NCBI GenBank assembly: GCA_965645245.1
Contig: OZ287081.1
Span: 868,001-932,000 of the forward strand
DNA length: 64,000 bases
Reading direction: 5' to 3'
Origin: Massalongia carnosa
Lineage: Eukaryota
Shown: positions 53,591 to 62,381 of the stretch, in pieces
Layout: each line of letters begins with the position of its first letter
Position numbering within the stretch: the stretch's first letter is position 1
Program-made: the position numbers and the translations under genes
Notes under the pieces: model-generated
Databases searched by the model: none
What the model was told of the DNA's origin: nothing
What the model saw: only the letters and a program-made list of their open reading frames with translations

Positions 53591-53990
53591 GGTGAAATGA
53601 TGAGGTGGAAGATGGGGGGTTGATGAGTTGAAAACGCGAAATCACGAAAATTACGGGTTGGGCCGCAGACTTTTGGCACGGGACTGTAGATAATAGATGG
53701 TCAAAAGGTAGTCTGGACGATGGACAAAAGGTGATCTGGGTGATGAACAAAAGTTGGCCTGACAGGTGGAAAAAAAGGTTATTAGTGGTGGACAAAAGAT
53801 GGTCTGGGTGATGATCAGAAGTTGGTCAAGACGATGAACAAAAGATGATATGGGCGATGGACAAAAGATGATGTGGACGATGGACAAAAGATGATCTGAC
53901 AGGTGGACAAAAGATGACCTGACAGGTGGACAAAAGATGATCTGACAGGTGGACAAAAGATGATCTGACAGGTGGACAAAAGATGATATG

Positions 53991-55108
53991 TGTAATGCGG
54001 ATGGCGCTAGAAGGATACGTGATCGCCTACGGCGGTTGCGGGATTTACTAGCATGAGCCAAGCCGTAGTACTTAGTCGCATAGCCGTCGAGGTTGACACG
54101 ACGCCACCTTGCCACACAACTCCGAATTAGTTGTTACTACGTTCTAGACTGCTTACAGATCAAACACCTGTCGAGGCCGTGGTGGTAGATTGCCATGGAG
54201 TAAGGCGAACTCCTGTGGAGAAGCCGTGAACTCTATATAGAATCTACTGGCCTACTCGGAGCTACTCGATCTCTTGATGGATCAAGAGTTGTAGCAGGAG
54301 GCACGGCTAGCTGGACGCAGCTTGAGCTCGGCCTCCCCGGTGTAAACTTCAGCTTCAACCTTTATTGCTACGTTGGTAGTGATGTCGGCTGAATCAACCT
54401 ACATGACCTTGTGGTCTAGACCTTGTGTCTAGAGGCAGGTCCGCAGTGTAGATAGAGATTCAGTCGGAGGTAACCTTCTATCGCTACGTTGGTAGTGGTG
54501 ACGGCGAAATGAAGTTACATAGCCTCGGCGTCTAGACTTTATGTTTAGAGGCAGGCTAGCAATGTAGTGAGGGATCTAGCCGGAGGTAGAAGTGTTCTAC
54601 CTTGCAAGGGAAGGTCTAGAAGGCTGCTCGAGGCTGACTAGATGATCCAGCGAACGCCGAGTTCGTAGATGGATCCTGAGGGATGGTTGGATGTAAGGCG
54701 ATAAGGTCAAAAGTGGGTTGCAAGGCTCCTAAAGTTCCAAGGCTCCCAAGGCTATAGGCTTGGGGTGAGTAGGATAAATACCAGAACGAATCCTGTAGTA
54801 TTCGTTAGCAATTAGTCTTTATTCTATGAACAACCTACGTTTGGGTCTCGGACGAGATCTCTTGGTCTAAGCACTTCCACATCCATTAGTTCTTTGGATC
54901 ACATATACTCTCGGAGACCAGCACGTAGTAGCTATCTTCCACCTCTCACGCTGAGCATTTCCCCTTTCGAGATCAGTGACGCTCGTGATTAGCTTACTGG
55001 TCTCGTAGCCCATTATACTATTCCCGTTGCACCTGACGAATACTACAGACCGCTCTATATAAGACCAAATACCCCTCGCGCCTGAGGCACCGAAGAAGAC
55101 GCGTAGCA
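53991..55108. mobile_element. Putative long-LTR fragment, truncated, with an internal 115-bp tandem duplication
   Basis: Begins TGTAAT where the minisatellite stops; non-coding; duplication 54357-54590; TATATAA 55056-62; no matching ..CA end seen. Confidence 0.45.
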
Positions 55109-55378
55109 CTTCAGCAAGTGCAAAAAGCCACCACATCACGTAAAAGTCGGGCCGCTCTCGGGGGTCAGGTAACTGCAAAGGGTAGAGTTATAAAATTCAG
55201 TCAATAGGGGTTTTCAGAGTAGAATTTCGACTTTTATAAATAAACCATTATTTCTTATTCTATAAACCATTATTCCCGTATTTGCCATTTTGCTCTGAGT
55301 CCCCCTATCACCTTAAATTTCAAAAAGATTAATAAACTGCTTATCGCCTTATCTGATCATCATCAAAAATCAATCATC

Positions 55379-56635
55379 ATGAAATTCTCTAAATCATCAT
55401 CTTATCAAGCTTCTGAAATGCCTCGATACAGCAACAAGCTTCTTTTACAAAGAGATCTGTACCACCTTTTCTTAGCCAGTAGTACTCTTGCCACCTCTTC
55501 CAATGAGGCCGATGACGCTTTGGAATACCTCATTCTTTCTGAAGGATTAAAGGATCAGAGATATCTTTTTTCCAGATCTTCCATTCTCAAGTCCAATTGG
55601 GCCGTTCGAGTCCTTCCCACTCTTTCAGATAATCGATATCGAGGCTATTTACGAATGAGTCGTATCTCCGTTCAACGAATAGTTGATTTAATTCGATCCG
55701 ATTCGGTCTTCCAAAACAATTCCAATATTCAACAGGCACCGGTCGAAAGTCAACTTCAATGTGCCTTATACAAGCTTGGTCATGATGGTAGCGGAAGCGG
55801 GTTTCTTTCAACTGCCACCTTTTGGGGAGTATCCGAGGGACACGTTTTCGATTGTACCAAGCGAGTGGTGGAGGCCTTATGTCGGTTGAGGAATAGCTTC
55901 ATCAAATGGCCAACTGCAAGAGCTAGGACAAGAGAAAGCTTAGCCAATGATACTCGAGAATCAGGATTTATCGGAGTAGTAGGAAAGGTGGATGGGACGG
56001 ATATAGTGCTCAGTACCAAACCTGGAGGTCGTTATGACGGCGAATTATTCTTTAATCGAAAGAAAAGATACGCCCTGGATTTATGTGCCGTATGCGATTC
56101 CGACAAAAGATTCATTTACTTCCTCAGTGGTTGGCCAAACTCTCAGCACGATCAGAGAATCTTCGCGGCGGGAGATTTGAATAGAAATCCTCATCTTTAC
56201 TTCTCGGAAGGGCAGTATCTTCTCGGCGACAGTGCCTACACCAATTCTCGCTATTTGGTGACTCCATACAAGGCCCCTCATACCAGAGATGCGAATGTTC
56301 GAAAGTTCAATAGAAGACTGTCTCGAATTCGTATTGACATCGAGCACACCTTTGGAATTTTGAAAGGAAGATGGAAAAGTTTAACCGGGCTGAGACTTCG
56401 AATTAGAAACAAAAAAGGTTACATCTACGCCATTCGTTGGATTACTGCATGTGTAGTACTGCATAACGTTTTGTAGGACATGCATGATGAATGGGAAGAA
56501 GAAGAAGGATGGTGGACATCAGAAGAGGAGGCTCATGATGAAGAATTAAAACATTTGGCTACAAAGCAAATGATGGAGGGCATTTTGAAAAGGGAACAGG
56601 TAAAAGATCTAGTTCTCAATGATATTGGCAGATGA
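55379..56635 (+). CDS. Harbinger-type DDE transposase (DDE_Tnp_4/HARBI1-like); one TAG at 56474-76 precedes an open acidic tail
   Basis: LRMSR, GVSEGHV, VGKVDGT, FFNRKKRY, GWPNSQHD, LLGDSAY, RIDIEHTFGILKGRWKSL, ACVVLHN. Confidence 0.88.
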
Positions 56636-56684
56636 CTATTAAGCAAGATGTATCTCATCTTTGAGACATCAATGAAATAAAATC

Positions 56685-57653
56685 TTATCTCTGGGACGTC
56701 TTCTCCAGCTCGATTTGTAGTCGTCGCATGGTCTCCTCATGTTGCATTTTAGCCATGATAATGGATTCTTCATGCTTCAAAATAATCTCCTGATGATGCT
56801 GATCTCGTTGCTTGATTTCTAGATCATTATTCCTTTGCAGTCTAGCCTGATCAATCTCGAAATCTTTAGATTTCATGAGTTGAACCTCAATCATTGCATC
56901 ACCCACGGACTTGTTTTTAGATCTTTGCTTACTTAGCTTGGGACGAGACGTCTCGCTGTCGCTGTCCACATTCCAGGGACGTTTAGTGGATGATCCCATC
57001 TTCTTGTTAAGGGTAGAAGGTTTTAAATGTTTAACCGTCTTCTTCTTCATCGGACCTTCTTTCAACAAATCCGTTTCGGATTGATTATCTTCATCTGTAG
57101 TCTTATCCTTAAGATCAATCTCGAAGTTATCATCTTCTGAATCATCGTTCAGTTCTTTTCCGCATGTCATCAATTCTGTAGTAACATCAGGCTGAGTGGA
57201 CTCTATGAGAAATGGAGGGGTAATAGTAGGTAGATCCCCCATGATCTCTTCAAATTCATAATACCATGCGCATTTCTTCAAGATAACCTCCTTGATTGTC
57301 TCCCCGCGAGTGTTGTCGGCGACAACATCATGATTGGTAGGATCCACTCCCTATCCAGTTGTATCGGCCAGACTCCGCGTCTCTTTGAAAGTCTTTATCA
57401 TCTGACCGATTTTGTCCCTCGTCTTTTCCTTTGAGATGTCCGGTCGTTGCAGTCCCAATCCACTTTCTTCCAACAAACGTCTGGATGCCTCCACTTTATT
57501 ACTCTTTTGATAGGTGTTTAGATGAGTAAGGACTCCATCGCCATCTCGAAAGCAAAGCCATTGAACAATCTGCTGAATGTCTTCATCTTTCCATCTGATG
57601 TTGGGAGCCTGGCGAGTTCGAACGATACGAGTAGGAGGGGGTGTGGACGTCAT
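56685..57653 (-). pseudogene. Harbinger accessory ORF (Myb/SANT/trihelix-like DNA-binding protein with a C-terminal coiled coil), one internal TAG
   Basis: WKDEDIQQIVQWL..DKIGQMIKTFKE..TG*GVD..CAWYYEFEEIMGD; ORFs 57351-57653 and 56685-57347 are in the same frame. Confidence 0.75.
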
Positions 57654-58432
57654 CTTTATTTTAGAACTGTTGGGGCTGATTCTGAGAATTTCTATTAACT
57701 AGATTTTGAGCCCTGACAAGAACACCCTGACAAGAACAGTGGTCAGCTATGAAAGAAGACGAGGTAGTAGTATTCTTACCTTAATTGTACGATTCGTTGA
57801 TGCCATTGATCATTTACCTTAAATAATTCTGATGAATGAGGTTAGTGGATTGAAGGATTTATGAGATACAGGTTTATGAGATAATGGTTTATCGGTCGAT
57901 TTTGACCGATAAACCATTATTCCCGTGTTCCCGTATTTATAAAAAAAAGGGGTAGAGTTAAATCTATATAGGTTTAGTCTGCTTACTAATATTTACGGGA
58001 AAACGGGAATAATGGTTTATAGACTCGAAAATTTCTACTCTGAAAACCCCTAATGTAGAGAATTATGTTTAATTCGTCAAAAAAAAATAAGAAGAAAAGG
58101 CTAGACGAAAGGAATAAAGGGAGGCTAATAAGTGGAAAAAGGCCTCATCAACCCAGTTAGACAACGTCCGATTTTTACTAGGGTAAGGCCCGTTAGTAGA
58201 ACAGACTGAGCCGTAGATTTTAAACACGAAATGAAGCTATTTGGACGTCTTTTCATAAAGATCTGATTAATTTAATGTTGAGGTGTTGAAAAATGCGTCT
58301 TTGAGCCGGTAGCGTCTTTGAGCCGGTAAGCACTGAGGGGTGCTCTCTACGTTCCGAAAGTGGTCTAGCACGATTAGTGCTTACCAGCTCAATAACGCAT
58401 TAGGCTCAATGTCGTTTTTTCCATCATCTACC

Positions 58433-58645
58433 TGTAAGAACCACTATCCAGGGAAGACGAATAGTAGTCAGCTACCTAAGAGACTAAGCATGAAGAAGAG
58501 AAATCTATCTACAAAGAAGAATGTGAAATCTATATGCCCGTTTGCCCTTCTTCTCGAAGTTTCCATCCGGCTCTAGAAGCTTATCTCCGAAGCTTCGGTC
58601 GGAAAGAGCCGTTGGATTTAGCGCTCCCACACCCGAGTCCTGACA
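58433..58645 (-). repeat. 3' LTR, 213 bp
   Basis: TGTAAGAACC...GTCCTGACA; matches 63921-64000; polypurine tract adjacent. Confidence 0.93.
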
Positions 58646-58682
58646 CTACCCCCCCTCTTGGTTAGCGAGCTCCTGATCGCTG

Positions 58683-61600
58683 TCATGTGATTAGCTTCGG
58701 TCGCGGCTTCTTTGGATATTTCTCTTCCACAGTTTCTTTTGAATTCGCAAAATCTTCGGCCGGATACCATGTGTTATCCGGTGGGTAATTGCTCCATTTT
58801 ACCTTGTATTGTAGCTTCTTGTTGAAAGTTCTTGAATCCAAAATATAATCAATTTCAAATTCTTCCTCGTTGTCAATAATTACCGGTGGTGGAGGCGGGG
58901 GTATTTGTCCGGGCAATGGGTCTTTACTTGCTGGTCGGAGTAATGATGAATGGAAAACATCGTGTATTTTCATCGATGCTGGAAGATCTAACTTATAGCT
59001 ATTCCTCAAAGCTTTTAATATCTTGTACGGTCCGATCATCTTATGATCTAGCTTTTTCGAAGGCCTTTCCGTTTTGATATTTTTGGTTGATAGCCAAACT
59101 TCATCTCCTTCTTTATAGGTTGGTGCCTCCTCCCGATGATTGTCCGCGAATCTCTTCTGACTTTCTTGGCTTCGTACTAGGTTTTCTTTTCCGAATTCCC
59201 AGATTTTCTCCATTGCTTGGCCGATATTTTTTGCTCGAGTTTTCAATATTCTTTCTCTGGCCGATCCGGTAGATGCGTCAATCGGATAGAAGCTCATCCT
59301 CGGTTCAAACCCATAGTTGACCTGAAATGGAGATAATCCACTTGAAGCTGAGACACAGGCATTTGATGCGAACTCGGCCATCGATAGCCACTCTGTCCAG
59401 TCATCTTGCTGATAATTGACATAGGTTCTCAGATATCGCTCCATTTCTTGATTGGATATTTCGCTTTGACCGTCGGTCTCGGGATGGAATGCGGTTGATA
59501 ACTTGGCTTTTATTCCCAGCATTACGCATAGCGATTTCCATGCTAGCGATACGAATTGAGGTCCCCTATCTGAGATTATCGTGGTCGGTAGGCCATGCAA
59601 TTTCCATACATGTTTTATTAGCATTCGGGCCGTCTCTTCGGCAGTTGTCCCTTCTTCGTCCGTGGTGCATGGAATGTAATGATGCATCTTGGAAAATCGG
59701 TCTACTACCATTAATATTGCATTATGACCTTTGCTTTCAGGTAGGCCAGTTACGAAATCCATTGATATATCTGTCCAGGGCCGGTCTGGTATAGTTAGCG
59801 GATTTAATAGTCCGGAATAACCGTCCCTTGGAGCTTTTGCTCTTTTGCATGTATGACAATTTCGAATGTATTGTTCTATGGTCCCTTTCATCTTTGGCCA
59901 AAAAAAGAATTTCTTCATCATCTCGTAGGTCCGCTTTATTCCCGGATGGCCAACGGCTGGTTGATCGTGAACTTCCTGTATCAGCTTCATTCTCTTTTCT
60001 TCGGGGACAAATAGTTTGGCATTATTCTCGAGCGGATCTTTCGACTTTTCCGCGTTGATCTCGTTCATTTCAAACCCCATTTCCTTTTGGATTTGAGGGT
60101 CTAGGCTTTCGAGAGGTAAGATTATCTGATGTTGATGCCTTTGCCTGTCATCTTCCTCTGATTCGGGCCTGTCTCCTGGTCTTCTAGTTAGTGCATCTGC
60201 CTTTGTATGGAATTTTCCAGCTTGGTATGTGATGACAAAATTGAAATCGGCCAGAAATTCAGCCCATCTGGCCTGTCGCCTATTTAGCTTTTTGGTTGTC
60301 ATGAAATATTCCAAGCTTTTGTGGTCGGTCAACACTTTGATTGGGAGCTCGGTGGATTGCAGCTCAGGCCTCCATTGTTCGAAACATTTGATTATTGCAA
60401 GCAATTCTTTATCGTATATTTCATAATTGCATTCGGCTGGCAACAGGCTCTTTGAAAAGAAGGCTACTGGTCTGATAAGTCCATCTTCACCTCTTTGCGA
60501 TAATACTCCGGCTGACACATAATCAGATGAATCCGATTCCACGAACGTTTCTCGGCTTGGGCTGAAATGCGCGAGGACCGGGGCCTCGGTCACCCGTCTT
60601 TTCAATTCGGAAAAAGCTGCTTGGCAGGCTGGGGTCCAATTGAATGGTTCGTCTTTTCGAGTTAGATGTACGAGGGGTTTGGCTATTTTGGAGAAGTCTT
60701 TGATAAAACGTCTATAAAAGTTGATAAATCCTAGAAAGGCCTGCACCTGTTTAAGATGCCTAGGGATGGCCCATTCGACGACTGCCTCAATTTTGGTAGG
60801 GTCCATCTTGATCCCATTCCGCCCGACTACCACTCCTAGGAACTTTGTTTCGGTCACATGGAATTCGCATTTATCCACATCAGCCTGAATACCAGCTTCT
60901 CGAAGCTTTTGTAGAACTTTTCGAACATGTTTTCGGTGGTCAGTCATGGTTTCACTATAAACCAAGAGATCGTCCAGATAGGCTATTAGGAATTCGTCTA
61001 GATATTCTAAGAAGGTATCGTTGATGAAGTTCTGAAACGTAGCAGGGCCGTTGGTCAGTCCGAAGGGTAATACTAGAGATTTATATGACCCAAATCGCGT
61101 GCGGAAGGTTGTGAGATCTTCGTCCTTTTCGGTTTTCATCCTAAGTCGGTTAAAGGCATGTCGAATATCTATTCTTGTCAAAAATCTAGCCCTGGCCAAT
61201 CGAGACATTATCTCAGATATCAGAGGTAGGGGATATCGATTTTTTTTGGTGATTTCGTTTAGCTTTCGATAATCGACGCAGAACCGAAGTCCACCACTCG
61301 GTTTCTTGGCGAATAGTATCGGCGAGGCAAAAGGGGCCGAGCTGGCTGTAATAAATCCTTTCTTCAGATTTTCTTCCAAATATCTCTTGACCAGTAGGAG
61401 TTCTCCCTCTGACATATTATATAGCGGGGCATGCCCGGGTCCTTTACCTTCTAGCAATTCGATGGTATGGTCATGCTTTCTATGAGGGGGCAGTTCATCA
61501 GCTTTTTCCTTAGAGAAAACATCAAGAAAATCGTGATACTCGGGGGGGACTATGGTCTTAGGATCGGTGATTGGCTTTTCTCCCTTGGCTAGTTCAAAGT

Positions 61601-62381
61601 TGATATCTCTCAGCGAGACTGCAAATATCTCGACATCCTTTTGTTTCGTTAATACATTAAATGGGTCTGCACCTATCATCGCTATATCCAGGGCTTCTTC
61701 GCTCTCGGCGTCTTTTCTCCAAGACTTTTGCTTCAAGATATCTTCCTTTCTTGATCTTCGAACTGAAATCGGGTTCGAGTTGCTATGATTCTTTTCATCG
61801 GGTTCGTCTCTTTTCAATATCTTCTTTGGTTGGAATATAGGCGTGGTGTCCTTTGTTGAGCCCGGTTCTTCTCTCCTGATTGGCGACGATGGGAAAGGCC
61901 TTTCAGGGGCACCTAGATGATTGCAATGATCGGGACGAAAAGAAATCGAATTCGTATGCCCATGATAGCTAACACCATGTTTTCGCATCCAAGGCTTGCC
62001 AAGAATAATCGTTTGTTGGCCCAGCTCGGTGATCAACATTGGTGTTGAGCTCTCGGTATGATTTCCAATTTTCAGAGATGGATAAATGGCCTGGGTAATA
62101 GGCTTGCCTTTTCTTCCATCATATGCCTTTATCTCTTTCCGTCTATTTAACGTCACCGGTGAGATATTAGCCTTTTCACATATTTCCTGCGCAGTTAGTC
62201 TATCAACAAAACAATAACCAGTAGATCCAGTATCAATCATCGCTCTCGTATTAAATTTATTTCCTACGATACAATCTTCCATTACTGGATGGTCATCGAA
62301 TAAATCATCCTCCATAAAGAAAGATGTGATAACCAACTCATCTACCCCCGCCGCGTCTATGACGGAGGTGCGTCTTTTCCC
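58683..62381 (-). CDS. pol: Pol polyprotein PR-RT-RNase H-integrase-chromodomain, in the -1 frame relative to gag
   Basis: IDTGST, LRFCVDYRKLN, YLDD, SDSSD, NYEIYDKELLAI, HHCC zinc finger, SMDF/SDRG/GQSE, GPY, chromodomain FEIDYILDSR..YKVKW..TW. Confidence 0.95.
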   Translation of the reverse strand, partial: GKRRTSVIDAAGVDELVITSFFMEDDLFDDHPVMEDCIVGNKFNTRAMIDTGSTGYCFVDRLTAQEICEKANISPVTLNRRKEIKAYDGRKGKPITQAIYPSLKIGNHTESSTPMLITELGQQTIILGKPWMRKHGVSYHGHTNSISFRPDHCNHLGAPERPFPSSPIRREEPGSTKDTTPIFQPKKILKRDEPDEKNHSNSNPISVRRSRKEDILKQKSWRKDAESEEALDIAMIGADPFNVLTKQKDVEIFAVSLRDINFELAKGEKPITDPKTIVPPEYHDFLDVFSKEKADELPPHRKHDHTIELLEGKGPGHAPLYNMSEGELLLVKRYLEENLKKGFITASSAPFASPILFAKKPSGGLRFCVDYRKLNEITKKNRYPLPLISEIMSRLARARFLTRIDIRHAFNRLRMKTEKDEDLTTFRTRFGSYKSLVLPFGLTNGPATFQNFINDTFLEYLDEFLIAYLDDLLVYSETMTDHRKHVRKVLQKLREAGIQADVDKCEFHVTETKFLGVVVGRNGIKMDPTKIEAVVEWAIPRHLKQVQAFLGFINFYRRFIKDFSKIAKPLVHLTRKDEPFNWTPACQAAFSELKRRVTEAPVLAHFSPSRETFVESDSSDYVSAGVLSQRGEDGLIRPVAFFSKSLLPAECNYEIYDKELLAIIKCFEQWRPELQSTELPIKVLTDHKSLEYFMTTKKLNRRQARWAEFLADFNFVITYQAGKFHTKADALTRRPGDRPESEEDDRQRHQHQIILPLESLDPQIQKEMGFEMNEINAEKSKDPLENNAKLFVPEEKRMKLIQEVHDQPAVGHPGIKRTYEMMKKFFFWPKMKGTIEQYIRNCHTCKRAKAPRDGYSGLLNPLTIPDRPWTDISMDFVTGLPESKGHNAILMVVDRFSKMHHYIPCTTDEEGTTAEETARMLIKHVWKLHGLPTTIISDRGPQFVSLAWKSLCVMLGIKAKLSTAFHPETDGQSEISNQEMERYLRTYVNYQQDDWTEWLSMAEFASNACVSASSGLSPFQVNYGFEPRMSFYPIDASTGSARERILKTRAKNIGQAMEKIWEFGKENLVRSQESQKRFADNHREEAPTYKEGDEVWLSTKNIKTERPSKKLDHKMIGPYKILKALRNSYKLDLPASMKIHDVFHSSLLRPASKDPLPGQIPPPPPPVIIDNEEEFEIDYILDSRTFNKKLQYKVKWSNYPPDNTWYPAEDFANSKETVEEKYPKKPRPKLIT

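Larger units (their letters stand above)
52005..53686 (-). mobile_element. Tc1-type DD34E transposon (Tc1-B) with ~27-bp TIRs and a TA TSD
   Basis: TA|CAGTACTAGGCCAAAAGTCTGCGGCCC ... GGGCCGCAGACTTTTGGCACGGGACTG|TA. Confidence 0.9.
51933..53990 (+). repeat. 23-bp minisatellite (AGGTGGACAAAAGATGATCTGAC), ~16 units, split by Tc1-B
   Basis: About 3 degenerate units at 51933-52002 and about 13 at 53696-53990; the last four are nearly identical. Confidence 0.88.
55206..58051. mobile_element. PIF/Harbinger-superfamily (PHIS) transposon, Pangu-like; two convergent ORFs; AAT TSD
   Basis: AAT|AGGGGTTTTCAGAGTAGAA ... TTCTACTCTGAAAACCCCT|AAT; repeated subterminal TAAACCATTATTCCCGT motif. Confidence 0.9.
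51212..58374 (+). mobile_element. Fot1/pogo-type element B (7.16 kb including nested inserts), TA TSD
   Basis: TA|ATCGTGCTAGACCACTTTCGGAA ... TTCCGAAAGTGGTCTAGCACGAT|TA; the flanks rejoin into one family TIR. Confidence 0.85.

Noticed and set aside
53696..53990. CRISPR-like array
   Set aside because: Units are head-to-tail 23-mers without unique spacers, there are no cas genes and the context is eukaryotic
55204..58053. TA or TWA TSD for the Harbinger-like element
   Set aside because: ATA and TAA flanks do not match, and a TA duplication would leave a stop in the host transposase remnant; AAT fits both sides
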